The position numbers and the translations under genes are program-made. Below the pieces are notes generated by a model. That model was given only the letters and a program-made list of their open reading frames with translations, was not told where the DNA came from and did no database searches. A stretch of 60,352 bases of DNA, the filler included. It is 7 parts of 7 records of this genome, joined end to end, with 100 filler letters (N's around TTAATTAATTAA, not from the genome) between each part and the next. Parts side by side here need not be neighbours in the genome. Positions count along the whole stretch, not along the records: positions 17,152 to 22,907 come from SRR31156797_36234; positions 23,008 to 28,471 come from SRR31156797_36262; positions 28,572 to 35,631 come from SRR31156797_36283; 4 more parts are not named here. The stretch is one strand, 5' to 3'. Every line of letters begins with the position of its first letter. The stretch's first letter is position 1. Below are positions 18,493 to 28,572 of the stretch, one piece after another.

Positions 18493-20487
18493 TCAGCAGC
18501 TGGTTTCAACACGGTTTCGACCGGCATTTTTGGCCCGGTACAGGGCTTGATCCGCTTTTTGAATCAGGGTATCCTGATTTTCAATATCCGGCCCGTATTT
18601 GCTGACGCCGATGCTCACGGTCAATTTAAGCCCCGGGAAACGATCCGACAGCAAATTCCCAAGCTGTTCGATCTCACTGCGGACCCGTTCGGCATAGGCC
18701 TGGGCTTTTGAAAGGCCTGAGTCATTGAGGATAACGATAAATTCCTCCCCGCCAAACCGGCCCACATGATCGGATGGCCGCGAGACTTTCTTTAACGTCC
18801 CGGCGATGAGCTTAAGCACATTGTCACCAGCCTGATGGCCGAACCGGTCATTGAATTTTTTAAAAAAATCCACATCAATCATGATTACGGCAAAGGGGGT
18901 ATTATCACCGGTGGCTTTCTTAAATGCTTTTCCCAGGCAGTCTTCCACGGCCATCCGGTTCAACAGCCCGGTCAGCCCGTCCCGGCGGGAGGCGGACCTG
19001 GCCTTTAAATAGGCTGAAGCATTGTCCAAAGCCAGGCCCAGTTCATTGGCCACGACGCCAATGGAAGAAAAGAGTTCCGGCTCGATGCTTTTACCCGATA
19101 CGGCATGATCCATTCCAAGAATGCCGATGACAGTGTCACGGCTGCAGAAAGGGACGATCAGCATCTGCCGGACCGAGAATTTTTCCAACGCCTCTTTTTC
19201 ACCCCGGGCAGTTCCGGAAATCACAACCGGTTTTCTGTTTCGCAGGCATTGAATAAACCCGCCGGCATCCTTATCCAGGGGGATGCGCACCGATGCCAGA
19301 TGATCTGAAAATTTCCCCTGGTCCAGAAATTCCATGACCTCAAGGTGGCGCCGGGGCTTTGCCACTTTTAAAATATAAATGCGGTCAAAACCGAAATCAT
19401 CGCAGACCGCCTTCAGTGTGCCTGAAATAATTTTTTTCGGGTCCAGGCTGCGGTGGGGAGCGGTTATGCTGGCGGTCACGGTCCCGGCTGCTTTTGCGGA
19501 GTCATTTCCTGGCCCGGGGAAAAAATGGCCGGCATTGATGGCGCTTAGTTTCAGGTTGGCCTGGAGCAGGTTAACCCTGACCTGATCAGAGGACGGGAAT
19601 GAAAATCGGTAGAACCGGGCGGTATTTTCTATCTCTTCATCCATTTTACGGATGACTTTTTCAAAATCAATGTCATCAAGGCAGATCATCCTGCCAACTT
19701 CCGGCTGCAACGCCGGCGGACTGATAATATCCACAGCCCCCATCCCCTGGGTCCAGGCCAGAAAATTGGCCAGGGAAACAATGGAGATAAACTGCATATC
19801 TTCATGGGGAATATTCAGGTGCCCGAACCTGCGATGATGATATTGTATGACCAGGCAAAGGGGTTCTGGCAGATTCCAGATCTCCCCATAGTACGCCCCC
19901 AGGTCATCATGGCCCAGTCCCATGATCCCCCGTTCCGCTTCAGACATCTGTCCGGCAAAACCGGAGATGTTGTCCATGAAATCCGCATAATTCACCCGTC
20001 CGGCCTGATCCAGAACGATTTTCCCTATATCATGGAGCAGGCCGCCAATATAGGCATCTTCATGCCGGAGATATCCGACCTCCTTTGCAATAGCCTGGCT
20101 CAGGCTGGCCACACAAAGGCAGTGGCGCCAAAAGAACTTACGATTGAGAAGGCTCCGGCTGCCGGATGAGATCACCTTTTCAAACAGGGTCACCCCCAGG
20201 CAGATCTTTTTGATTTCATCAAGTCCCAGGTAGTGTACCGCCTCTGAAACCGCTGTAATCTTCCTTCTTAAGCTGATAAAAGAGGAATTTACAATGGCCA
20301 GAACCTTTGTTGAAATGCCGGGATCCGTTTCCAGCAGCTTGACGACATCTTCCATGGGGGCGTTGGGGTCATTGCAGACAGCCAGCGTCTTTGCCACGAC
20401 CTGGATAAAGCTCGGCAGCTCATTATCCTCTTTTTTCAAGGCCTTTTTAATTTCAGATATATCCGGAAGGTTGAGTCGACTATTCAT
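18493..20487 (-). CDS. HDOD-GAF-GGDEF diguanylate cyclase
   Basis: HDOD (ELPS..VNSS..GLLHDIGK..HH); GAF-like middle region; DGLTGLLNR, DVDFFKKFND..GHQAGD, RPSD I-site, RFGGEEF A-site. Confidence 0.92.
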   Translation of the reverse strand: MNSRLNLPDISEIKKALKKEDNELPSFIQVVAKTLAVCNDPNAPMEDVVKLLETDPGISTKVLAIVNSSFISLRRKITAVSEAVHYLGLDEIKKICLGVTLFEKVISSGSRSLLNRKFFWRHCLCVASLSQAIAKEVGYLRHEDAYIGGLLHDIGKIVLDQAGRVNYADFMDNISGFAGQMSEAERGIMGLGHDDLGAYYGEIWNLPEPLCLVIQYHHRRFGHLNIPHEDMQFISIVSLANFLAWTQGMGAVDIISPPALQPEVGRMICLDDIDFEKVIRKMDEEIENTARFYRFSFPSSDQVRVNLLQANLKLSAINAGHFFPGPGNDSAKAAGTVTASITAPHRSLDPKKIISGTLKAVCDDFGFDRIYILKVAKPRRHLEVMEFLDQGKFSDHLASVRIPLDKDAGGFIQCLRNRKPVVISGTARGEKEALEKFSVRQMLIVPFCSRDTVIGILGMDHAVSGKSIEPELFSSIGVVANELGLALDNASAYLKARSASRRDGLTGLLNRMAVEDCLGKAFKKATGDNTPFAVIMIDVDFFKKFNDRFGHQAGDNVLKLIAGTLKKVSRPSDHVGRFGGEEFIVILNDSGLSKAQAYAERVRSEIEQLGNLLSDRFPGLKLTVSIGVSKYGPDIENQDTLIQKADQALYRAKNAGRNRVETSC

Positions 20488-20634
20488 TATAAAGCCCCTT
20501 GAGAAATAAAGACATATTGTTCAAGATTGAATGGGGTACAACTCATATCTGTCAGGCAGGCTTTAAAGATGTCAGAAATCTCCCAGCATACAATCCAGTT
20601 AAATACAAGAATACAATACCGGGATACCCTGGAG

Positions 20635-20722
20635 TTATGGCAACCCGGCTGTCTGCATCTTATCCAAGGCACAGACCCGTGGCTTTCCGGCCCCGCCTCT
20701 CGACGGGTGTGGCTTTATGTTT
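20635..20722 (-). ncRNA. c-di-GMP-I (GEMM) riboswitch
   Basis: Minus strand AAAG-CCACACCCGUC-GAGA-GGCGGGGCCGG-AAA-GCCACGGGUC...GACAGCCGGGUUGCC matches the GEMM P2 GNRA hairpin, AAAGCC junction and P3 ends; about 150 nt 5' of the GGDEF gene. Confidence 0.88.
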
Positions 20723-21495
20723 ATGTATATCCTTTCCGGTTATGATTTGCTATATCTTTTTTGCGCTTTTCAATCATTATTTTGCGCCATGGACGCACAT
20801 GAAGCAGGGTATCCAGGCCCCTGACAACGGACACCGCCCCCATCATCCTTGATATCACCATCAAGAACCTGTACGCCTGTGATGATCCGGGTCAAACCAT
20901 ATGCAAGGGCGGACCTTCTTTAAATTCACCAATAAGTGAATCTCAACTATCCGTGATCAGCCAGGCTTAAAGACCATGCATGTTCTGATTTCCCGCATGG
21001 TTAACTGAAAGAAAAGCACTTGTGATCGACGCGGCTTCAGAGTCAAAATCAACCGTATTGCTGAATGGAATCGCATTTACATTTTTCTCAATTTTTTCAA
21101 TCTATGGCCGTCTGTTAGCGGTAAAAAATTATTAGTCTTTGAGCTGGACGAGTTAGCGCATGTTACTTTTTCACAACATCATCACATTTATTACATTCTT
21201 TCCACAGCGATTATAATGCCTTAAAGAGACCGTTTCCCTTCGCAGATCAATTCAATTAGCAGTTGGCCGGAAACGTCCCAAAAACATATTTTCAGAATAC
21301 TCTCTCAAGCATAAAAAAAGGAAAAATTCCTTTACTAAAAATGCCATTTCGCTACCTACCTTGGGGACAGCTGAGACTGTTGCCATGCGCTAAACTCAAG
21401 CGTTCACAATAAAGTAGGAGAGTTTGACAAGGATTGCGTAATCATTGAATTCCGGGTTACATAAGCCTGGGTTCCGAGCGGGCAGAAGAACGCCA

Positions 21496-21524
21496 TTGAC
21501 AAGCTATGCTTGATTTTGTACTTT
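21496..21524 (+). promoter_or_regulatory. Putative sigma-70 promoter for dppA
   Basis: TTGACA-17 nt-TACTTT about 65 nt upstream of the ATG. Confidence 0.5.
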
Positions 21525-21587
21525 TTTTCAAATCACATGCTGGTTCTCTTTAAAAGTTGTTAACCTGTTACAGAGGAGAAGATTGAG

Positions 21588-22907
21588 ATGAAATGGCGAC
21601 ACATCGTTCCAACCGTTTGTTTTGCGGTCTTGTTCAGCTTCGTTGCCCTGTCAGCCCAGGCCAAGACTTTTGTTTATTGTTCCGAAGGAAGCCCCGAAGG
21701 GTTCACCCCTGCTTTTTACACATCGGGCACCTCCTTTGACGCCTCTTCCCGGCAGATTTTCGATAAGCTGGTGCTTTTTGAACGGGGCACCACCAAGACC
21801 ATGCCGGGCCTTGCAACCTCCTGGGAGGTGACCAACGGCGGCACGGTCTACACCTTCCATTTGAGGAAAGGGGTCAAGTTCCACACCACCAAGTTCTTCA
21901 CCCCCACCCGGGAATTCAACGCAGATGATGTTATCTTCTCCTTTGATCGTCAGCGGGACCCGGCCCACCCCTTCCACAAGGTGTCCGGCGGGGCCTATGA
22001 GTATTTCAACTCCATGGGCATGCCGGAGCTGATCAAATCCATCGTTAAAAAAGACGATTACACCGTTGTCTTCAACCTGCACCGGCCTGAAGCGCCCTTT
22101 ATCGCCAACCTGGCCATGGATTTTGCCTCCATCCACTCTGCCGAGTATGCGGACAAAATGATGAAGGCCGGCACCCCGGAGCAGTTTGACCAGCAGCCCA
22201 TCGGCACCGGGCCCTTTGCCTTTGTATCCTATCAGAAAGACTCTTTCATCCGGTTCATGGCCTTTGACCATTATTGGCGGGGCCGGGCCAAGATCGACAA
22301 GCTGGTTTTCAGCATCACCCCGGACGCATCCGTACGGTTTGCCAAGCTCAAGGCCGGGGAATGCCATCTGATGCCCTACCCCAATCCCGCCGACCTTGCC
22401 CAGATGCGGGCGGACAAGAGCATCAACCTCATGGAGCAGGAAGGCCTCAATGTGGGGTATCTTGCCTTTAACACCCAGAAAGTGGAAGCGTTCAGGAATG
22501 TTAAGGTGCGCCGGGCCCTGTCCATGGCCATCAACAAGCAGAATATCATCGACGCGGTGTTCCTGGGGGCCGGTAAGATCGCCAAGAACCCCATTCCCCC
22601 CACCATCTGGTCCTACAATGAAGCAGTGGAGGATTATCCTTACGATCCTGCAAAAGCCAAGGCCCTCCTGGCCGAGGCCGGTTACCCCAACGGGTTTGAG
22701 ACCAATGTCTGGGCCATGCCCGTGTCACGTCCCTACAATCCCAACGCCCGCCGCATGGCTGAGATCATCCAGGAGGACTGGGCCAAGGTCGGCGTAAAAG
22801 CCAAGATCGTCACCTTTGAGTGGGGAGAGTACCTGAAACGCTCCAAGGCCGGGGAACATGAAAGCGTTCTTCTGGGCTGGACCGGCGACAACGGCGACCC
22901 GGACAAC
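21588..22907 (+). CDS. dppA: Dipeptide ABC transporter substrate-binding protein (3'-truncated)
   Basis: Signal peptide ending AQA; FVYCSEGSPEGF, LRKGVKFH, ANLAMDFASI, WAMPVSRPYNPNARRMAE, GWTGDNGDPDN. Confidence 0.92.
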
Positions 22908-23007
22908 NNNNNNNNNNNNNNNNNNNNNNNNNNNNNNNNNNNNNNNNNNNNTTAATTAATTAANNNNNNNNNNNNNNNNNNNNNNNNNNNNNNNNNNNNN
23001 NNNNNNN
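22908..23007. other. Artificial contig linker
   Basis: N-run + TTAATTAATTAA + N-run. Confidence 0.99.
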
Positions 23008-23008
23008 G

Positions 23009-23833
23009 ATGGCACGGTTGGAACTGCTCCGGATCGTCGCGGAACAGGATCTTTCCGCGAGCGTTCTGCGAGATCTTCAAACTCAGTTGGCTGCGCTGTA
23101 TGCTGGCGAGTATGCTCTCGCGAACTTCGAAGGGGAGCGTTTGATGGTCCTGGATGCCGTCCAGCACTCTTTCACCAAAGGCGGCTTTGGCGGGGGGCAC
23201 CTCATTCCGGGGCAGTTCACCGGTTTTATTTCCGGTGTTGTGGAACTGCCGAAGGGACGGCGGACGACGATATTCAAGAGAGTAATACTTTGGCCGATGG
23301 ACATCGGGATCAGCATGATCCATGTGCGGCGGGACAAGACAGTCGCCAAAGTTCACGAGGTCTACGACGAGATACGCGAACGCAGCAAGCTTTCTCCCTA
23401 CCAGCGTCGTGTGCGTCACATCGGTAGCTGGGAGCAAATCGCCGACTCCATGAATCCATACAGATATGGCCTTGTCAGTTTGTTGCTTCCCAATGAAAGC
23501 CGAGTCTCGGAGTTGGCCTTTCAACTTCGCGCGGATCATGAGGCCACGGTGACCGTCTTGGCCCTCAAGCGTTACTACACGGACAAAGGGGCTTATCCAT
23601 CGGACTTGAAGAGCCTCATTGACACTGGGTATCTTCGCAGCATCCCAATGGATCCATTCAGTGACGATCCCTTGATCTATAAGCGTGTCGATAGCGAATT
23701 CCTGCTGTACAGTGTCAGCCGGGACTTTGTCGATGGCGGAGGCAAACGCGGTGTGGACGATGAGGGCAAGCTTCGGATATGGGCTGAGAATGGCGATCGG
23801 GTCTTCTGGCCGCTTGGGGGAGAGGTGGAGTGA
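23009..23833 (+). CDS. Hypothetical protein with GspG/pseudopilin-like C-terminus (probably 5'-truncated)
   Basis: ALKRYYTDKGAYPSDLKSL..YLRSIPMDPFS..LYSV..DGG; starts at the contig edge. Confidence 0.65.
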   Translation: MARLELLRIVAEQDLSASVLRDLQTQLAALYAGEYALANFEGERLMVLDAVQHSFTKGGFGGGHLIPGQFTGFISGVVELPKGRRTTIFKRVILWPMDIGISMIHVRRDKTVAKVHEVYDEIRERSKLSPYQRRVRHIGSWEQIADSMNPYRYGLVSLLLPNESRVSELAFQLRADHEATVTVLALKRYYTDKGAYPSDLKSLIDTGYLRSIPMDPFSDDPLIYKRVDSEFLLYSVSRDFVDGGGKRGVDDEGKLRIWAENGDRVFWPLGGEVE

Positions 23834-23959
23834 GGTCTGCTCGACCGGAGGCGGGGAAAACGTTGCAATTCTCTATTCGGCCTCATAGGATAGCTTCCCG
23901 AAAATTGGTCCTATTGGTCCCATGGGACCTAAGCTGAACCATCCTATGATGTCAGGGAG

Positions 23960-25441
23960 ATGCTCATGAGTACGGGAAGATGTCCTCACCACTGTCACGG
24001 CTGTCATTCGTTCTCCCGCCGCGATTTCCTGAAGGGCTCGACGGCTGTGCTGGCTGGCTCGTCGATTCTCGGTGGCTGTAGCTCGCTGCAATCTAACAAG
24101 AGCGTCGCCGAGCCGATCAAGCCGTGCGGGCCGGCCTCGACCTGCGTGCCGACGATTCGGGCGGCGTTCGTCCGGCGCAAAGAAGCATACGGCATGTGGT
24201 GGCCCGGTGCGGTTTACGATGGCGAGGCGGCGCGACAGCAGTATGCCACTGCGATGGCACAAACCGCCGCCAAGATCGGCGCCAGACTCGACCTGCGACC
24301 CGAGCCTATCTACAGCGCTGCCGACGGAGAGGCCTGGATTGCCCAGGCCGAGGCCGAGAAGGTCGATGGCCTGATGCTGGTCATGCTGGATCGTCAGCAG
24401 CATTCCTGGCCCACCGCCCAGAAGGTTGCGGCCAGCGCCGTTCCGTCGATCATCTTCTCACCCCTGGGGACCTCGTTCACCACCAACACGATTCACCTGG
24501 TCGATACTCCGGGCTGCGTCGTCTACGCGACGAACGATTTCAGTCAGCCCGCCTACGGGATGAAAATGCTGTGCGCCAAGGCCAAGATGGCGAAGACGCG
24601 CTGCATTGTGATCAAAGGCGAGAAACGCTACGATGCGCCGCTGGCCGATACGGGCATCACGCTACGGCACATTCCCGCCACCTCGTTCATCGAAGAATAC
24701 AATCGCACGCCGGACAGCGAAGCGATCGTGGCGATGGCCGATGAGTACATGGGTCGCGCCCGCAAGCGCATCGATGCGACGCGGCAGGATGTGCTCAATG
24801 GGCTCAAGAGCTACTACGTTGCCGGTCGCCTGCTCGAACGCGAAGGGGGCGATGCGATTACCATGGATTGTCTCGGCGCCCTGGGCCAGATCGATGTGAG
24901 CCTGCCCTGCATTGCCTGGTCGCGCATGAACGACGAAGGCATTCCCGCCGCCTGCGAAGCGGATACCGGTGCCGTGGCCTCCCACGTGCTCGTCAACTAC
25001 CTGTTCGACCGGCCGGGCTTCCAACAGGACCCGGTGGCCGATACGATTGACGATACCGTGATCGGGGCGCACTGCTCGTGCCCGACGCGCCTCAACGGCT
25101 ACGACCAGAAGCCCGAGCCCTTCGATATCAAGCACCATCATGGCAACCGGGATGCGGTCCCGCGCACGATCTGGCGCATGGGCCAGCGCGTTACCAGCGT
25201 CGACTTGCTGCCCGGTCGAGAAGGAATGCCGTCGGCCGTGCTCGTCTCGGCCGGTACGGTCACGGATAACATGGAGGTCCCGCCCAGTGGCGGATGTGTC
25301 GTCTCCGTGAAGGTCAAGTTCGATGGCAACCACCCGGTATTGAGTTTCCCCGGCTTCCACCAGATCTTCTTCTATGGTGACTACAAGGAGCAGATGAAGG
25401 ATTTCTGCCAACTCTGTGGCTTCGAGGCCCAGATCGCCTAG
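23960..25441 (+). CDS. Tat-signal protein with L-fucose/arabinose isomerase-like fold
   Basis: SRRDFLK twin-arginine motif, GGC lipobox-like; DAITMDC, PCIAWS, ACEAD, GAHCSCP, GFHQ. Confidence 0.7.
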   Translation: MLMSTGRCPHHCHGCHSFSRRDFLKGSTAVLAGSSILGGCSSLQSNKSVAEPIKPCGPASTCVPTIRAAFVRRKEAYGMWWPGAVYDGEAARQQYATAMAQTAAKIGARLDLRPEPIYSAADGEAWIAQAEAEKVDGLMLVMLDRQQHSWPTAQKVAASAVPSIIFSPLGTSFTTNTIHLVDTPGCVVYATNDFSQPAYGMKMLCAKAKMAKTRCIVIKGEKRYDAPLADTGITLRHIPATSFIEEYNRTPDSEAIVAMADEYMGRARKRIDATRQDVLNGLKSYYVAGRLLEREGGDAITMDCLGALGQIDVSLPCIAWSRMNDEGIPAACEADTGAVASHVLVNYLFDRPGFQQDPVADTIDDTVIGAHCSCPTRLNGYDQKPEPFDIKHHHGNRDAVPRTIWRMGQRVTSVDLLPGREGMPSAVLVSAGTVTDNMEVPPSGGCVVSVKVKFDGNHPVLSFPGFHQIFFYGDYKEQMKDFCQLCGFEAQIA

Positions 25442-25516
25442 TTCGGCCGGCGCGGAACGGTATGATGACGAATGACGCTGCGACTGGACGCGCGGCACTG
25501 AAATGGAGCGGCAATT

Positions 25517-26452
25517 GTGAAATATCGTCGGTTGGGCAAGACGGATCTGGACGTGTCGGTGGTCGGTGTGGGAACGTGGCAACTGGGAGGGGAGTGGGGC
25601 AAGCTGTTCGAGCAGGCGGAAGTAGATGCCATGCTCGCCAAAGCCGCCGAGCTGGGCATCAACCTGATTGATACGGCCGAGTGCTACGGCGATCACCTTT
25701 CCGAGAAGCTGGTGGGCCAGGCGATCAAAGGCCGGCGCGAGAACTGGATTGTCGCGACCAAGTTCGGGCATCGGTTCAAGGAACGCTTCGAGCGGGACGA
25801 CGTCTACGACCCGGTGCTGGTTCGCGAACAATTGGAAGCCTCGCTGCGTGCCCTGCAAACCGACTACATTGATCTCTATCAGTTCCACAGTGGCACCGAC
25901 ACGATGTTTCAGACGCCCGGATTGTGGGAGATGCTGCACGAGCTGGTCGAGTCCGGCGTCATCAGGCATCTCGGCATCTCGATCACCAGCAGCTATGAAG
26001 GGACACTCCAGGTCGATGGGGCGTCGGACGTCGGAGCCGGTGCCATTCAGGTGGTGTACAACCGCCTCCAGTGCCGAGCGGAGGAGCTATTCTTCGAGGG
26101 GGCGGTGCGGCAGGAACTGGGCGTGCTGGCGCGCGTGCCTCTGGCCAGTGGATTCCTCAGCGGCAAATATGGCAAAGACGCGCAATTCTCGGAAACGGAT
26201 GTCCGTGCGATCTGGAAAAGTGACCAGCAGCGGCGTGACTATGTCGAACAGGTCGAGCAGACTCGCCAGGAGGTCCCTGAGGGCGTGCCGATGGCACAGT
26301 GGGCCCTGGCGTGGTGCCTCCAGCACCCGGCGGTTACCTGCGTGATCCCGGGCTGCAAGAACATCGAACAGGTGGAGTCAAACGCCCGGGCGGCCGATCT
26401 GCCCATGGTGGCGGAAACCCACCCGCAGGCGGTTTCCGAGGCGGGCAAATAA
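25517..26452 (+). CDS. Aldo/keto reductase
   Basis: MKYRRLGKT..GTWQLGG, IDTAECYG, ATKFG, SLRALQTDYIDLYQFH, PLASGFLSGKY, IPG. Confidence 0.93.
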   Translation: MKYRRLGKTDLDVSVVGVGTWQLGGEWGKLFEQAEVDAMLAKAAELGINLIDTAECYGDHLSEKLVGQAIKGRRENWIVATKFGHRFKERFERDDVYDPVLVREQLEASLRALQTDYIDLYQFHSGTDTMFQTPGLWEMLHELVESGVIRHLGISITSSYEGTLQVDGASDVGAGAIQVVYNRLQCRAEELFFEGAVRQELGVLARVPLASGFLSGKYGKDAQFSETDVRAIWKSDQQRRDYVEQVEQTRQEVPEGVPMAQWALAWCLQHPAVTCVIPGCKNIEQVESNARAADLPMVAETHPQAVSEAGK

Positions 26453-26520
26453 AAACCGAGCAGGCCTCGATGATTCTCAGCTTGCTCGGATCAGATTCTG
26501 GGAGGAAATGGCGTAGAGGC

Positions 26521-26703
26521 TTACGAGGGGCGTCGGGCCGCGCGTTGGGCTTTGCGCATGCGACGGCGCTCACGCTCCGAGGGCTTCTCGTAATAGGCGT
26601 TGCGCTTCATATCACGGATGAGGCCTTCTTTCTCACACAGCTTTTTGAAGCGTCTAATCATTTGCTGCACCGACTCGCCTGTACGCATCTTAACCTTTAG
26701 CAC
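26521..26703 (-). CDS. rpsU: 30S ribosomal protein S21
   Basis: ESVQQMIRRFKKLCEKEGLIRDMKRNAYYEKPSE; AAGGAG RBS before GTG at 26703. Confidence 0.93.
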   Translation of the reverse strand: MLKVKMRTGESVQQMIRRFKKLCEKEGLIRDMKRNAYYEKPSERERRRMRKAQRAARRPS

Positions 26704-26992
26704 GCAATCGACTCCTTTAATATGTGGATATCCGGTCCAAATCAACGATACTGAAAGCACTTACGCTCAATCTCGACGTAATACGCGAATCTCTAAATCT
26801 AATAGCTGGGCTCGACGTTTACAAGTCCAAAATCGAGGCGTGGCTGGCTTTTTCGGCAAATTATGGGCCCCTGGGCCCTCCTGGCGGTCGTCCCCGGCCG
26901 GCGCCGGAACCGGCTTTGGCAGCGGCAGTTGCGCTTGAAAACGGGGCGCCGGTGTGCTATCATGGCCGTGTTTTTAGGAGGTATGGTTCTAC

Positions 26993-28309
26993 TTGGAAAA
27001 GTTTCGTCAGACCCTGAAAGTCAAAAAGGAGCGTGCCATTCTGGTGGCCGCGATTCTGTCGAGGTCGAATGGCTCGGATGATCTGGGCGAGTTGACGGCT
27101 CTGGCCGAGAGTGCCGGGGCGATGGTGGTCGACCGTTTTCAACAGAAAATCCGCACGATCAATCCCGCGACGTATATCGGCAAGGGCAAGGCCGCCCAAC
27201 TGGCGCGGCGTGTCAAGCAGCATCAGGCGGATGTGATCATCTTCGAGAACGATCTCTCTCCGGGCCAGATCCGGGAGTTGGAGAAGCTGGCCGAGGCCAA
27301 GGTGCTGGACCGTAGCGAGTTGATTCTCGATATTTTCGCGACCCGGGCCAAGACCAAGCAGGCCAAGCTCCAGGTCGAGCTGGCCCAGTTGGAGTACACC
27401 TACCCGCGCCTGACGCGGATGTGGTCCCACCTCGATACGGTGGCCGGTGCCGGGGGGGCGGGCTCGGTCGGTGCGGTCGGCGGAATCGGTACGCGCGGTC
27501 CGGGCGAGCAGCAGTTGGAAATCGACCGGCGCCTGGTCACCAAACGCATCAGCGAGCTCAAGCGTGAACTGGCGGGCATCGACAAACGCAAGCTGCGCGA
27601 GATCCAGGGTCGCCATGGCCTGTTCAAGATCAGCCTGGTCGGCTACACCAACGCGGGCAAGAGCACACTGCTGAACACCCTGACCGATGCCGGCGCGTTC
27701 GTCGAGGACCGGCTCTTTGCCACGCTCGATACACGGACGCGGAAGTGGTCGCCTTCCAAGGGTGTTGAAGTTCTGCTCAGTGACACGGTGGGCTTCGTGC
27801 GGAAGCTGCCCCACCAACTCGTGGCGTCGTTCAAGGCGACGCTGGAGGAGACGGTCAACGCCGATCTGCTGCTGCACGTCATCGACGTGTCCAGCGACGA
27901 CGCGCTCGGTCAGATGGAGTCGGTCAATGCGGTGCTCGACGAGATCGATTGCGGGCGCAAGCCTACGCTGCTGGTACTCAACAAGGTCGATGCCATCACG
28001 AACATCAGCCAGTTGGAGACGCTTGAGACGGTCTATCCTGACGCCGTGGCGATTTCGGCCAAGAGCGGCTTGGGCCTCGATGAATTGTGCGAGAAAGTCA
28101 CCGAGTGCTATCGCGGCAGCGAGGTGGTACTGCGCGTCAGCAGCCATCAGTCCAACGGGAAGGTCCAGAGTTTCTTGCGCGCTCATGGTCGGATCATTAA
28201 CGAAGAGTACGGCGACAGTTCCGTTTTCATCGAAGTCAAGATGGGCCAGAACCAACTGCCCGAGCTCCAACGCCTCAAGCCCGACACCCTCGAAATCGTC
28301 GGGCACTAG
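26993..28309 (+). CDS. hflX: Ribosome-splitting GTPase HflX
   Basis: YIGKGK, ILDIFA.RA, LQVELAQL, GPGE, GYTNAGKST, LFATLD, DTVGF, NKVD. Confidence 0.96.
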   Translation: MEKFRQTLKVKKERAILVAAILSRSNGSDDLGELTALAESAGAMVVDRFQQKIRTINPATYIGKGKAAQLARRVKQHQADVIIFENDLSPGQIRELEKLAEAKVLDRSELILDIFATRAKTKQAKLQVELAQLEYTYPRLTRMWSHLDTVAGAGGAGSVGAVGGIGTRGPGEQQLEIDRRLVTKRISELKRELAGIDKRKLREIQGRHGLFKISLVGYTNAGKSTLLNTLTDAGAFVEDRLFATLDTRTRKWSPSKGVEVLLSDTVGFVRKLPHQLVASFKATLEETVNADLLLHVIDVSSDDALGQMESVNAVLDEIDCGRKPTLLVLNKVDAITNISQLETLETVYPDAVAISAKSGLGLDELCEKVTECYRGSEVVLRVSSHQSNGKVQSFLRAHGRIINEEYGDSSVFIEVKMGQNQLPELQRLKPDTLEIVGH

Positions 28310-28378
28310 AAGCGCGTGGCCGGCGCCTGAGCATCGTCGCGAGATAAGCGAGTGAAAGTTGATTGGAGGGAGACGGCC

Positions 28379-28471
28379 ATGAGACAGAGTCCGTTTGCAC
28401 GTTACCGAGGTTTGACTAGCGAAGTCATAACTGTCCTTCTCGTGGTTGTGGTTCTTGCTGCCCTCTTTCTC
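28379..28471 (+). CDS. 5' end of a membrane or prepilin-like protein (truncated)
   Basis: GGAGG RBS; MRQSPFARYRGLTSEVITVLLVVVVLAALFL runs into the linker. Confidence 0.4.
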
Positions 28472-28571
28472 NNNNNNNNNNNNNNNNNNNNNNNNNNNNN
28501 NNNNNNNNNNNNNNNTTAATTAATTAANNNNNNNNNNNNNNNNNNNNNNNNNNNNNNNNNNNNNNNNNNNN
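28472..28571. other. Artificial contig linker
   Basis: N-run + TTAATTAATTAA + N-run. Confidence 0.99.
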
Positions 28572-28572
28572 A

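Noticed and set aside
18493-19000. Hypr-type (cGAMP-making) GGDEF
   Set aside because: The specificity residue is Asp (GHQAGD), not Ser/Thr, and the riboswitch has G at the discriminating position
21360-21490. Possible TPP riboswitch (GCTGAGA) upstream of dppA
   Set aside because: Downstream conserved TPP elements (ACCTGA, GCGNAGG) are absent
24662-28306. Long antisense ORFs (435 aa and 448 aa)
   Set aside because: Opposite well-supported genes in GC-rich DNA; no motifs
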